Below, in pieces: positions 18,996 to 29,668 of a DNA stretch of 64,000 nt. The position numbers were made by a program, and so were the translations under genes. Where the stretch lies: contig CAXXHB010000003.1 of assembly GCA_963664815.2 (NCBI GenBank), forward strand, positions 1,728,001-1,792,000, written 5' to 3'. This DNA is from Spirochaetota bacterium. GTDB lineage: Bacteria; Spirochaetota; UBA4802; UBA5550. The stretch's first letter is position 1, and every line of letters begins with the position of its first letter. A model generated the notes under the pieces. It made no database searches. It had not been told where the DNA came from and was given only the letters and a program-made list of their open reading frames with translations.

Positions 18996-19883
18996 TTATA
19001 ATCTTAATTCCTCAAGTATAATATCAAGATCATAACCGAAGTTTTCCTTTATATGTTTTTTTAATGCAGAAATCCGGTTAAGTTCATCAGCTGCCGTATA
19101 AGCGTTGCTGATGATTCTCCGGATACTGTCTATTGTACAGATATCACTATATGCCATAAAAGTTTTAAAAGCATGATCAAACACAGATATTACTTTGCTG
19201 TACTTCTCTTCAGATGCATAAATTTCACTTATTTCCGTACATGCTTCAAGAATGGTTTTAACATTTGTAGATTCCGATTCAATACTATCTTCATATGGAA
19301 GAATTTTTATTACCCTGAGATAATAACCAAGGGCCTCATTCCTGTCGTTGAGATTGTACTGATAGACATATCCAAGCCTGTAGAGGGCAGATATATACTT
19401 TTCATTAAGACTTACCGCGTTTTTATATGCATCGATTACAAAAAACGGATCTTTGCGGACTGAAAAATTTGCTGCAAGCATATACCATGCTTTCGGAGAG
19501 AGGGGTTTACTGTTCTTTAGTTCTTCGGCTTTCGACTGAGCCTTTTGTTCGTTTTCGTTTAAAGCATAGATATTTTTTATAAAGAGATTTTGAAGCTTAA
19601 GCGCTTTTTTAATTACTCTTCTGCTGCTTGAATATCTGATTATATCATTATATGTTTCAAGAGTGAGCTCTTCATACTCTGCATCAGATGTCAGAATTGT
19701 GAGTCTGTCATAAACTCTTGCGATAAGCAGCATTAATTCGGGATCATTATATCCATGATGCCTGAGATTGGTAAGGATTGTAAGAGCATCATGGAGTCGG
19801 TTTTTTCTGTAAAAATGCTTCGCTTTCCTGAAGCTTCTTTTGAAGTTAAAGCCGATTTTATTCTGAATAATTAGTGTGTTCAT
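18996..19883 (-). CDS. TPR-repeat protein
   Basis: AWYMLA..., ALYRLGYVYQYNLNDRNEALGYYLRVIKI TPR-like helices. Confidence 0.65.
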   Translation of the reverse strand: MNTLIIQNKIGFNFKRSFRKAKHFYRKNRLHDALTILTNLRHHGYNDPELMLLIARVYDRLTILTSDAEYEELTLETYNDIIRYSSSRRVIKKALKLQNLFIKNIYALNENEQKAQSKAEELKNSKPLSPKAWYMLAANFSVRKDPFFVIDAYKNAVSLNEKYISALYRLGYVYQYNLNDRNEALGYYLRVIKILPYEDSIESESTNVKTILEACTEISEIYASEEKYSKVISVFDHAFKTFMAYSDICTIDSIRRIISNAYTAADELNRISALKKHIKENFGYDLDIILEELRL

Positions 19884-20111
19884 TGTTAAGGATAATCCAT
19901 TTTGTTAACATCAATTATTACTATGCTCAAATGTAAAATATAGATTTACAATAAATATCTCCGAATGTCTTAGCTAAAAAATATTTTTAGATTGTAAAAG
20001 AATAATATTACCTGATATTAAAGTCGGTAAAAATATATTAATACTTAAAAATATACTTTAAATTCTCAAATAAAATATTTTTAAGTATCTCATTGAATAT
20101 TTTATTATTAT

Positions 20112-20543
20112 ATGAGAGCAATAACAGAAAGAACAGATACCATGGAATCGTTTGTGTATTTTAAGCATGTGGAGAATACTGATGAAACCAGTTACTCTCT
20201 GCAGGGTGAAGTGTCCAAAGATGATGAAGATTCCGGTAAAAGATGGATTTTATGCAGGAATTGTTCTAAAAAAATTGCTTTGATTTCAGATAAAATACAT
20301 ATGAATAATACTGATACTTATATATTTGAAAATCCTGCGGGATTATTTTTCCGTGTAATATGTTTCTCAAATGCTCCGGGTACAGTTATTATAACAGACT
20401 ATACCGAAGAGAATACATGGTTTGAGGGGTTTCTCTGGAGTGTATGTTTATGCGGGACTTGCGGTAAGCATCTTGGATGGCATTATAGTAGCGGATCATA
20501 TGGATTTTACGGTTTAATTGCGGACAGACTGACAATGGCATAA
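20112..20543 (+). CDS. Cereblon-family protein (CULT / thalidomide-binding domain)
   Basis: CRNC and CGTC zinc ligands, FENPAG, TWFEGFLW, HLGWHY, FYGLIADRL. Confidence 0.88.
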   Translation: MRAITERTDTMESFVYFKHVENTDETSYSLQGEVSKDDEDSGKRWILCRNCSKKIALISDKIHMNNTDTYIFENPAGLFFRVICFSNAPGTVIITDYTEENTWFEGFLWSVCLCGTCGKHLGWHYSSGSYGFYGLIADRLTMA

Positions 20544-20826
20544 AAAATACTTTACTCAATATTATAAGTTTAATAGTATATATTTTCTGACAGGGTTTTT
20601 CTTGAAATTTTGTTTTTCAGACATTATTTAGAAAAGCCGATGCAGCAGAAACTGTTTTTAATAAAGAAGCCTTGTGATGAATCTGAACATCGTTTCCCTG
20701 ACATTTTATGTTCTGATAAATATTATTGCTTTTATTAGGTGAGACAGTTTGAGCATGACGGATTTTGGTTGTATGAATGATAAATATAATTTTTTAAGTT
20801 AAATGTATTAAGAGTTATATAAAAGA

Positions 20827-21993
20827 ATGCAAAAGAAAGATGATAGTTTAAAAATACTGATTGTAAATTATGAGTTTCCCCCGCTTGGAGGTGGGGGTGG
20901 TGTGGCGACTTATGATCTTGCACTTGAATGGATAAAGCAGGGGCAGGTAGATGTACTTACATCTCATTTTTCCGGACTTGATTTTTATGAGAATGTTAAT
21001 GGCATCAATGTTTACAGATCAAGAATATTTTTCAGGAAATCCAGGGATGCGGCGACATTTTTATCTATGTTTTTCTTCTTACTGACCGGATTTTTAAAAG
21101 GAATAAGTTTATGCAGAAAAAATCGTTATAGTGTAATAAATACGCATTTCGCAGTACCTTCCGGGCCTCTTGGTTATATTCTCGGGAAGATGTTTAATAT
21201 ACCGAATGTTCTTTCACTGCACGGTGGGGATATTTATGATCCAAGTAAAAAAATGTCACCACATGACAGTTTCATATTCAGCAGGGTTGTAAAGTTTATA
21301 CTTAACAGAGCAGAGAGGATAGTAGCTCAGTCAAGAAATACAAGAGATAATACTGTTAAGTATTATAATCCGGTTAAAGAAGTGGAAATTATTCCGCTGG
21401 CATTTCATCCACCCGTCATTGTCAATAGCAGCAGGGAAAAACTGGGACTTGATAAAAATTCCTTTTACTTTATAACCATTGGACGATTAATTAAAAGAAA
21501 ATCAATAGATACAATGCTTCATGCGCTTTCAGGGATTAATGATAAAAAAATCAGACTTTTAATTGTAGGCGACGGGCCTGAGATGGAACACCTGAAAGAT
21601 TTGACTTCCAACCTCAATCTTAGCGACAGAGTGGTTTTTCCAGGTTATATAGCCGATGAGAAAAAGTACAGCTATCTTAAAAATTCCGATGTGTTCATTC
21701 TTACTTCTCTTCATGAGGGCTTTGGAATAGTATTCATGGAGGCAATGTTTACCGGACTTCCGATTGTCTGTACCAATCATGGTGGACAGGTGGATTTTCT
21801 AAAAGACAGGGAGAATGCTCTTCTGATTGATGTGGGGGATATAGAAGCCTGCCGGAATAGTATGCTGAAAATTTATCAGGATAAAATTATATACGGAGTA
21901 ATATCCAGGAATAACATGGACAAGGTTAAAGATTTCTATGCTGAAAGAGTGGCAGAGCGTTATCTGAAAATATTCAGCGAGATAAAAATATAA
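20827..21993 (+). CDS. GT4 glycosyltransferase
   Basis: YEFPPLGGGGG, IGRLIKRK, VGDGPE, EGFGIVFMEAM. Confidence 0.92.
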   Translation: MQKKDDSLKILIVNYEFPPLGGGGGVATYDLALEWIKQGQVDVLTSHFSGLDFYENVNGINVYRSRIFFRKSRDAATFLSMFFFLLTGFLKGISLCRKNRYSVINTHFAVPSGPLGYILGKMFNIPNVLSLHGGDIYDPSKKMSPHDSFIFSRVVKFILNRAERIVAQSRNTRDNTVKYYNPVKEVEIIPLAFHPPVIVNSSREKLGLDKNSFYFITIGRLIKRKSIDTMLHALSGINDKKIRLLIVGDGPEMEHLKDLTSNLNLSDRVVFPGYIADEKKYSYLKNSDVFILTSLHEGFGIVFMEAMFTGLPIVCTNHGGQVDFLKDRENALLIDVGDIEACRNSMLKIYQDKIIYGVISRNNMDKVKDFYAERVAERYLKIFSEIKI

Positions 21994-21995
21994 CT

Positions 21996-22646
21996 ATGAA
22001 AATAAATATCGGACTGGTTACCAAGAATAGTGAAATCGCGGACGATCTTAAAATCAATATTCCGGAATTTGAAATATCTATTCACAGAAACATTGAATCC
22101 ACGTCAAAAGAGAGCTGCGCATTATATATCATAGATTATGAGGAGATCGGCTCGTCTGATTCAACACAATTTTATCTTTCCCGGTTGAGAAAAAAAATCC
22201 AGGATATTCCTGTTCTGCTTGTGTTGAGAGTCAATACCGTTACAGAACTCGATTCAACATGGTTCTTTAATGATTTTATACTTTATCCATTCCGAAAAGG
22301 TGAAGTCAAAGCCAGGATCGGCAGAATATTAACAGGTATACCTGATGAACAGGAAGAGATATCTATCGGGAATCTTATCGTAAATACAAAAGAATATGCT
22401 GTTTATATGAATGAGGAGAAGCTGGATTTAACGTATAAGGAGTTTGAGCTGTTAAGACTTTTTCTTGAAAACAGAGGAGTTGTTTTTTCCAGAAAAGATG
22501 TTTTAAGCAGAATCTGGGGTATGGAGTATATCGGTGGAACAAGAACTGTGGATGTTCATATAAGAAGATTACGCAGTAAAATAGGGGATGACTTTAATTC
22601 AATTATTGAAACTGTAAGAAATGTCGGTTACAGATGCAGGGAATAA
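21996..22646 (+). CDS. OmpR/PhoB winged-helix regulator with atypical receiver domain
   Basis: LTYKEFELL, FSRKDVLSRIWG, TRTVDVHIRRLRSK, IETVRNVGYR; receiver lacks acidic pair and conserved Lys. Confidence 0.85.
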   Translation: MKINIGLVTKNSEIADDLKINIPEFEISIHRNIESTSKESCALYIIDYEEIGSSDSTQFYLSRLRKKIQDIPVLLVLRVNTVTELDSTWFFNDFILYPFRKGEVKARIGRILTGIPDEQEEISIGNLIVNTKEYAVYMNEEKLDLTYKEFELLRLFLENRGVVFSRKDVLSRIWGMEYIGGTRTVDVHIRRLRSKIGDDFNSIIETVRNVGYRCRE

Positions 22647-22726
22647 CTCATGCTGTTTATTAGTATTTGACAAAGTTTGTAATGCTGAAATTATGTCGTG
22701 TTATAAATGGTAAATTATAGAAGAAT

Positions 22727-23740
22727 ATGATCACTTATATATTAAGAAGATTGTTGCTTATAATCCCGACTTTTATCGGGATAACCTTAATGGTATTTGC
22801 CATAACCAGATTTGTTCCGGGAGGTCCTATAGAACGGATGATAGCTGAGGCTCAACAGTCCGCTGTCGGAAAGGGCTATCAACGGATGAATGCTACTCCA
22901 CTGTCAGCGGCGCAGCTTGATCAGCTGAAAAAGTATTATGGTTTTGATAAACCTGTAATAGTCAGCTATTTTAACTGGCTTAAAAATGTACTGGTATTTG
23001 ATCTTGGCAAATCTACAAGGTATTACGAGCCGGTGTGGTCAATAATTAAAAGCAAACTTCCGGTTTCACTTTTTTATGGTATTATGGCGATGATCATAAC
23101 ATATTCAGTATGTATACCTCTGGGGATACTGAAAGCGGTAAAACATAGAACAGGCATCGATAATATAACCTCTGTCCTGATATTTGTAGGATATGCCGTT
23201 CCGAATTATGTTGTTGCTATAATATTGCTTATGGTTTTTTCATCATGGCTTGATGTCTTTCCCCTTGGCGGGTTTACAGGGGAGAATTTTCATGAACTAT
23301 CCACTGCCGGACAGGTGATGGATGTTTTATATCATTCAATACTTCCTCTAGTCGCATATATGGCGGGTAGTTTCGCCGTAATGACGTTTATGATGAAGAA
23401 TGCACTTCTTGATAATATGGCATCCGATTTTATACGCACGGCTATTGCAAAAGGTCAGAGTTATAAAGGTGCGATTTTTCATCATGCATTCCGGAACAGT
23501 CTTATTCCAATGGCCACGCATTTCGGGAATAATGTATCTCTTATACTTACCGGATCGTACCTTATAGAAAAAATTTTTAATATTGACGGAATGGGCCTCC
23601 TTGGACTTGAGTCATTAACAGAAAGGGATTACCCGGTAGTTATGGGTATTCTTGTAGTATCATCACTTCTGTTTATGATAGGGAATATTCTTTCAGATAT
23701 CTGTGTCGCCATTGTTGATCCCCGAGTTAAATTTGAATAG
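22727..23740 (+). CDS. yejB: Peptide ABC transporter permease (YejB/OppB)
   Basis: YILRRLLLIIPT, VPGGPIE, TAIAKG, HAFRNSLIP, RDYPVV, DPRV. Confidence 0.85.
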   Translation: MITYILRRLLLIIPTFIGITLMVFAITRFVPGGPIERMIAEAQQSAVGKGYQRMNATPLSAAQLDQLKKYYGFDKPVIVSYFNWLKNVLVFDLGKSTRYYEPVWSIIKSKLPVSLFYGIMAMIITYSVCIPLGILKAVKHRTGIDNITSVLIFVGYAVPNYVVAIILLMVFSSWLDVFPLGGFTGENFHELSTAGQVMDVLYHSILPLVAYMAGSFAVMTFMMKNALLDNMASDFIRTAIAKGQSYKGAIFHHAFRNSLIPMATHFGNNVSLILTGSYLIEKIFNIDGMGLLGLESLTERDYPVVMGILVVSSLLFMIGNILSDICVAIVDPRVKFE

Positions 23741-23746
23741 GATATT

Positions 23747-24796
23747 ATGATCAGATTTAATCCTCTTACAATTGATATGATTAAAAGATTCAAGCGGATA
23801 AGAAGAGGTTACTACTCTTTCCTGCTGATGGTGATATTAATCATTCTGTCTCTATGTGCGGAACTGCTTGTTAACAGCAGGGCACTTATGGTTAAATATA
23901 ACGGCAGGTACTATTTACCCACATATGGTCCTATTATTCCGGGAACAGAATTTGGTCTTAATTATGAATATGAAACAAACTACAGAGAGCTGAAGAATAA
24001 AATTAAAAGCAGTTCATCTGAAAATTTTGTTATTCTCCCGCTGATTCCATATAATCCTTTTGAAACTGAGTTAAAAGATGGAGAATATCCTCCGCTTGCT
24101 CCATCTTTTGCAAGCCGGCATTATCTGGGAACAGACAAAACCGGAAGAGATGTTGCATCGAGACTTATATACGGTTTCAGAATTTCCATAATCTTTTCAC
24201 TGATTTTGTTATTTTTCAATTATCTTATAGGGATATCAATCGGCTGTCTGATGGGGTATCTCGGAGGGAAATTTGATCTTTTTTTTCAGAGAATTGTCGA
24301 AATCTGGAATAACATTCCTGTACTTTATGCTATTATTATTATCTCATCAATAATTATCCCAAACTTTTTTTCACTTCTTGGCATTATGATATTTTTCGGA
24401 TGGATAGGGATTACATGGTATATGCGAACCGCTACATATAAAGAAAGGGAAAGGGAATATGTACTGGCAGCAATAACCCTTGGTGCCAGCACCTCAAGAA
24501 TTATAAGGTGTCATATTCTGCCTAATACTCTTTCAGTAATAATTACGTTCATACCCTTTTCTGTTGTAGAGGGTATTATATCTTTAACAGCTCTTGATTT
24601 TCTCGGTTTTGGCTTACCCGCTCCAACTCCAAGCTGGGGCCAGCTTCTTTCAGAAGCATGGGAATATAATATAACCGCCTGCTGGATTGGAATATCGGTA
24701 ATAGCTTCAATGATTGCTATTCTTATAATGGTTACATTTATCGGAGAGGCAGTGCGTGAAGCTTTCGATCCGAAACTCTACTCAACATATGAATAA
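23747..24796 (+). CDS. yejE: Peptide ABC transporter permease (YejE/OppC)
   Basis: RFKRIRRGYYS, HYLGTDKTGRDV, EYVLAA, LDFLGFGLPAPTPSWG, GEAVREAFDP. Confidence 0.85.
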   Translation: MIRFNPLTIDMIKRFKRIRRGYYSFLLMVILIILSLCAELLVNSRALMVKYNGRYYLPTYGPIIPGTEFGLNYEYETNYRELKNKIKSSSSENFVILPLIPYNPFETELKDGEYPPLAPSFASRHYLGTDKTGRDVASRLIYGFRISIIFSLILLFFNYLIGISIGCLMGYLGGKFDLFFQRIVEIWNNIPVLYAIIIISSIIIPNFFSLLGIMIFFGWIGITWYMRTATYKEREREYVLAAITLGASTSRIIRCHILPNTLSVIITFIPFSVVEGIISLTALDFLGFGLPAPTPSWGQLLSEAWEYNITACWIGISVIASMIAILIMVTFIGEAVREAFDPKLYSTYE

Positions 24797-24812
24797 AACG
24801 GAGGCTTGTTTA

Positions 24813-26678
24813 ATGAAACTTGCAGACTTGAAATACAGTTTAATATGCATCGTCTTTGCAGCGGTGATGTTTTTCTCATGCGGGAAATCCGGTAATCCGG
24901 ACATTTCAGGTAGTTCAGATGAAAATCTGAATATCGATTATTCAGTTCATCAGCTGGATGAAAACCTGAAATGGATTACAAATGATAATGAACCTCTCAT
25001 CGCTTCACCCAATGCAAAAAAGGGTGGAACCTTCAATCTGTATATACCGGGATTTCCACTTACCTTCAGAACAGTCGGTCCAGACGCAAATAATTTTACC
25101 AGATCTTTTTTTACTGATAATCAGATGGGTTTGATCGGATATCATGGAAATACCGATAAAATACTCCCGGAACTCGCTACCCACTGGGCATATGGTAAAG
25201 ATGGTAAAACCATGTATTTTAAAATTAACCCTGAGGCTAAATGGTCGGATGGTGTTCCTGTTACAGCCGATGATTTTATCTTTGCTATGGAGTTTGTGAG
25301 ATCGAAACATATCAATGATCCGTTTTTAAATGAATTTTATTCGAAGGAGATTCAGTGTGTAACAAAATATGGAGATTACCTTATTTCTGTAACTGCTTCA
25401 AAAAAGAAACCGGATCTCTGGTATTATGTTAATTTAAACCCTGTACCAAAACATTTTTACGGAAAACTGAACAGTAACTTTGTGAGTGACTACAACTGGA
25501 AAACAGAACCAAATACAGGTCCCTATATTCTGAAAGATTATTCAAACGGCAAATATCTGCTTTTTGAAAGGAAGAAAGACTGGTGGGCGAAAGATCTCCG
25601 TTATAATAAAAACAGGTTTAATGTTGATTATTTTAAATTAACGGTAATCAGAGATGAGAATGTTGCTTTTGAATATTTCAAGAAAGGTAAACTCGATTTT
25701 TTCAGAGCGACAAGGGCTGCAATATGGTATGAAAAGGCAAATGGTGAAATTTTTGATAATGGTTATGTGGAAAAAATCTGGTTTTACAATCAGGCAACAA
25801 TGCCAACCTGGGGTCTCTATCTGAATCTTGATAAGGAAATTTTTAAAGATAAAAATACCAGATATGCTCTTGCGCATTCAATTAATTTTGAAAAAATAAA
25901 TAAGCAGATTCTGCGTGATGAAGCAACACGCCTGCAGACATTCTATACCGGTTATGGTGCGTATACCAATACTAATGTAAAAGCCAGGAGTTTCGATATT
26001 GCTGCAGCGGAAAAACTGATGAAATCTTCAGGCTGGAGCAGGGGCGATGATGGCATCTGGATTAAGAATGGTGTAAGGTATTCGGTAACCCTTACATATG
26101 GTCAGCCGCTGCTTACTCCTAGAGTTGTGGTGATGAAAGAAGAGGCAAAAAAAGCGGGGATAGAGCTCAATCTTGAACTTCTTGATCCCGGGACATCATA
26201 TAAAAAAACACTGGAAAAGAAGCATGATGTTACGTATATGGCATGGTCAACGGGATTCAGACCTGAGCCGTGGCAGTCATTTCATTCTGAAAATGCTCAT
26301 AAACCCCAGACAAATAATATCAACAATCTTGATGATCCGGAAATGGATAAGCTTATAAACCAGTACAGGGATTCAACTGATGAAAAAGAACTAATCCAGC
26401 TGTCCCACAGGATACAGGAGAAGATAAATGAATCCGGCGGGTGGATTCCACTGGAATCTCTTCCATTCACCAGGGCTCTTTGCTGGAGATGGATCAGGAT
26501 CCCCGATGTTCCGGGATATAAAACAACAACAGAAATATTTGACGATCCTGCTTCGGGTGGATATTTCTGGATTGATGAAAATATAAAAAATGAAACAACT
26601 GAAGCTATGAAATCAAATAAGACATTCAAACCTGTTACTAATATAATAACAAAGTACAAACAGGGAAATTTCAGATAG
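24813..26678 (+). CDS. yejA: Peptide ABC transporter substrate-binding lipoprotein (YejA-like, family 5)
   Basis: GGAGG RBS before ATG 24813; lipobox FFSC; ASPNAKKGG, AKWSDGVPVTADDF, TGPY. Confidence 0.82.
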   Translation: MKLADLKYSLICIVFAAVMFFSCGKSGNPDISGSSDENLNIDYSVHQLDENLKWITNDNEPLIASPNAKKGGTFNLYIPGFPLTFRTVGPDANNFTRSFFTDNQMGLIGYHGNTDKILPELATHWAYGKDGKTMYFKINPEAKWSDGVPVTADDFIFAMEFVRSKHINDPFLNEFYSKEIQCVTKYGDYLISVTASKKKPDLWYYVNLNPVPKHFYGKLNSNFVSDYNWKTEPNTGPYILKDYSNGKYLLFERKKDWWAKDLRYNKNRFNVDYFKLTVIRDENVAFEYFKKGKLDFFRATRAAIWYEKANGEIFDNGYVEKIWFYNQATMPTWGLYLNLDKEIFKDKNTRYALAHSINFEKINKQILRDEATRLQTFYTGYGAYTNTNVKARSFDIAAAEKLMKSSGWSRGDDGIWIKNGVRYSVTLTYGQPLLTPRVVVMKEEAKKAGIELNLELLDPGTSYKKTLEKKHDVTYMAWSTGFRPEPWQSFHSENAHKPQTNNINNLDDPEMDKLINQYRDSTDEKELIQLSHRIQEKINESGGWIPLESLPFTRALCWRWIRIPDVPGYKTTTEIFDDPASGGYFWIDENIKNETTEAMKSNKTFKPVTNIITKYKQGNFR

Positions 26679-27665
26679 ATGCAAAAGGAAACAGACATAA
26701 TTTTACAGGTTAAAGATTTTTCAGCCGGATTCATGAAAGACGGGATAATATATCCTGCTGTTGACAGAATAAATTTCAATCTGAGGAAGGGGGAGACTCT
26801 TGGAATTGTCGGCGAGTCGGGTTGTGGTAAAAGCGTAACCGCACTTTCAATTATGAAACTTCTGCCGGTACCGTCAGGAAAGTATTTAGGGGGTGAGATT
26901 ATTTTCAGGGAGAGAGATATTCTCTCTCTTAAACCTGAGGAGATGCGGGAGATAAGAGGCAATTCAATATCCATGATTTTCCAGGAACCAATGACAGCTT
27001 TAAATCCGGTAAAAAAAACCGGAAAACAGATAAGCGAAGTTTTTGAATTACACAGAAAAGATTTAAAAAAAAACGAGATAGAGAGAGAAACCCTTAATCT
27101 GCTTGAAAAAGTTGGAATACCTGATCCAGCTCAGAGAATGAATGAATACCCGCATCAGCTTTCGGGGGGTATGAGGCAGCGTGTTATGATAGCGATTGCC
27201 CTGGCATGTAAGCCTGAAATATTGATTGCGGATGAGCCGACAACTGCGCTCGATGTCACAATTCAGGCACAGATACTTGATCTTATAAAGGAACTTCAGC
27301 AAGAATCCGGAATGTCCGTAATTTTCATTACGCATGATCTTGGTGTAATTGCTGAGCTGTGTGATAATGTTGTAGTAATGTATGCAGGGAGAGTGGCTGA
27401 AAAAGCGGCTGTAGACAAACTGTTTGCAAGACCGATGCATCCTTATTCTTCCGGACTTCTTGATTCAATACCGAAGTTTGAATACACCAGAAAAACCAGG
27501 CTGAAATCTATTGAAGGTATGGTGCCCTCAATAACTGATTATCCGGAGGGGTGCCGGTTTCGTAGCAGGTGTACTTTTGCATTTGAACCATGTTCGGAAA
27601 AGCATCCGGAAGAGTATGCGGTGGACGCAAACCATTTTGTGAATTGTTATAAATACGGAAGATAA
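26679..27665 (+). CDS. oppD: Oligopeptide ABC ATP-binding protein
   Basis: [41 protein letters not shown]-terminal Cys cluster. Confidence 0.92.
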   Translation: MQKETDIILQVKDFSAGFMKDGIIYPAVDRINFNLRKGETLGIVGESGCGKSVTALSIMKLLPVPSGKYLGGEIIFRERDILSLKPEEMREIRGNSISMIFQEPMTALNPVKKTGKQISEVFELHRKDLKKNEIERETLNLLEKVGIPDPAQRMNEYPHQLSGGMRQRVMIAIALACKPEILIADEPTTALDVTIQAQILDLIKELQQESGMSVIFITHDLGVIAELCDNVVVMYAGRVAEKAAVDKLFARPMHPYSSGLLDSIPKFEYTRKTRLKSIEGMVPSITDYPEGCRFRSRCTFAFEPCSEKHPEEYAVDANHFVNCYKYGR

Positions 27666-27666
27666 A

Positions 27667-28656
27667 ATGGAAATTATTCTTAAAGTTGAAAATTTAAAAA
27701 AATATTTTCCGATAAAAAAAGGTATTTTTAAAACAGTGGCAGGCAAAGTGTATGCTGTGGATGATGTCAGCCTGTCTGCCGTAAAAGGTGAAACTCTTGG
27801 TATTGTCGGCGAAACAGGTTGCGGGAAAACGACTCTTGGAAGAACAATACTCAATTTATATAAGCCGACCGGAGGATCAGTCTGCTTTGAAAACAGTATG
27901 ATATCGGGTATGACACAGAGAGAACTTCTTCCTTACAGAAGAGATCTGCAGATGATTTTTCAGGATCCATTTGAATCTTTAAACTCAAGACATACGGTGG
28001 GATATATTCTGGAGGAGCCGTTTATTATACATAGGCTGGATAATAAAGAACGGAGAATGGATAAAGTAAAAAGTCTTCTCGACAAGGTCGGTCTTCAGAG
28101 CAATTCACTGGAAAAATTTCCCCATGAATTTTCCGGAGGGCAGAGACAGCGGATCGGAATAGCCCGTGCGATAGCTTTAAATCCGAAACTCATAATATGT
28201 GATGAACCGGTTTCCGCTCTTGATGTATCAATTCAGTCGCAGATATTAAATCTCCTGATGGATCTTCAGAATGAACTTGGTCTTACCTATATATTTATTT
28301 CCCATGATCTTACGGTAGTCAGGCATATTTCCGACCGGGTAGCAGTGATGTACCTCGGCAGGATAGTTGAAATGGCAGATGCTGATGAAATCTATAATGC
28401 TCCTTTGCATCCGTACACAAAAGCCCTGATCTCTGCTATACCAAGACCTTCGGCATTAAACCAGTATAAAAGAATAATACTTAAAGGGAATGTGCCATCG
28501 CCGGTAAATCCGCCGTCAGGTTGCTATTTTCATCCGAGATGCCCGGTTGCAAAAGATATATGCCGTGAAAAATATCCTGAATTTAAAAATTATAATTTAA
28601 ACGGATCAGAACATATGACAGCATGTCACATGGCGGGAGAGGGATATGAGAATTAA
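27667..28656 (+). CDS. oppF: Oligopeptide ABC ATP-binding protein
   Basis: GETGCGKT, FQDPFESLN, FSGGQRQRIGIARA, DEPVSALD, PPSGCYFHPRCP. Confidence 0.92.
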   Translation: MEIILKVENLKKYFPIKKGIFKTVAGKVYAVDDVSLSAVKGETLGIVGETGCGKTTLGRTILNLYKPTGGSVCFENSMISGMTQRELLPYRRDLQMIFQDPFESLNSRHTVGYILEEPFIIHRLDNKERRMDKVKSLLDKVGLQSNSLEKFPHEFSGGQRQRIGIARAIALNPKLIICDEPVSALDVSIQSQILNLLMDLQNELGLTYIFISHDLTVVRHISDRVAVMYLGRIVEMADADEIYNAPLHPYTKALISAIPRPSALNQYKRIILKGNVPSPVNPPSGCYFHPRCPVAKDICREKYPEFKNYNLNGSEHMTACHMAGEGYEN

Positions 28657-29548
28657 AACAAGACTGTTTTTATTATATATCCTGGTGGTTACTTTTTCTT
28701 CATGCTCTCTTTTTCAGAGTGAAATAAGTACTGTTGTTGATCTGCTTCCGAGGGATTCGGATGTACCTGGATGGGTAAGAATTAATTCTGTAAATTTTTA
28801 TAAAGGCAAAAATATAAAAAAATATAATAGTGAATATCTGGGACTTGGAATAGACAGGATCGCGTCTTCTGTTTATCAGTCAATTGATGATAAAGACGTT
28901 AAAATTAAACTTGAAGTTATAAGTTTTAATTCAGTGTCAGATGCTTATAGTTTCTTCTCCACTGTCAGAGGCCCCGGTATTTTTGACATTTCTGAAGTAA
29001 ACGAATTCTGCAGCGATACTGTAACAATAATTCAATCAGGAGAATATGTCATCAGTTCAACTACCGACAAGGCGGAATTATTTCTTAAAAAAGAACTTAA
29101 AGCATTTGTTCATATACCTCTTCTTTATATAGGGCAGAATTACAATCATGACAAGCTTCCTGCAGGGCTGAATATAATTAAGGGTTCAGACGGATATGGA
29201 GTTTTATACAGCCGAAAACCATATCCGCAGTTTCCATTTTTAAGTAACATTAATTCCACGCGCTGGACATGGAATAAAGAATTGATTGATGTTTTTTTAA
29301 GTGAGAATAATTCATTTTATGATGCGTACGAAATTTTTAAAAATCTTACTCAAAATGATTATATTCTCATTTCATCAGATAATACCTATACAGCATTCAG
29401 AAAAGAGAAAGATGAAAAATATACTTTTATTTCACTCAACGATAAATGGATATTCGGCTGCTGGTCTCTGAAAAATTATAATGATGGGAAAAAAGTTCTT
29501 AATGAACTAAAATCCAGAATTGAAGATTATAATAATAGAAAAAACTGA
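28646..29548 (+). CDS. Hypothetical lipoprotein
   Basis: Lipobox FSSC; overlaps the oppF stop. Confidence 0.7.
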   Translation: MRIKTRLFLLYILVVTFSSCSLFQSEISTVVDLLPRDSDVPGWVRINSVNFYKGKNIKKYNSEYLGLGIDRIASSVYQSIDDKDVKIKLEVISFNSVSDAYSFFSTVRGPGIFDISEVNEFCSDTVTIIQSGEYVISSTTDKAELFLKKELKAFVHIPLLYIGQNYNHDKLPAGLNIIKGSDGYGVLYSRKPYPQFPFLSNINSTRWTWNKELIDVFLSENNSFYDAYEIFKNLTQNDYILISSDNTYTAFRKEKDEKYTFISLNDKWIFGCWSLKNYNDGKKVLNELKSRIEDYNNRKN

Positions 29549-29668
29549 ATAGTTGAAACGTCCAGGAAAAAAATATACAGGGAACAGGACGATGCTTAAT
29601 TAAATGATTAATCTGTTGTAAGCTGAATTTTATGAAATAAAAAAAGGGTCTGCGGATATAATTAACGA

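Noticed and set aside
20585-20720. Possible ncRNA (6S-like) between cereblon and GT4 genes
   Set aside because: Only a short CAGGG/CCCTG complement was found; no convincing long duplex
24756-24812. ORF-track N-terminal extensions (also 37115, 42415, 58296, 59263, 59527, 61223)
   Set aside because: Downstream starts have better RBS and restore signal peptides or family N-termini; 59263 falls inside the BirA operator
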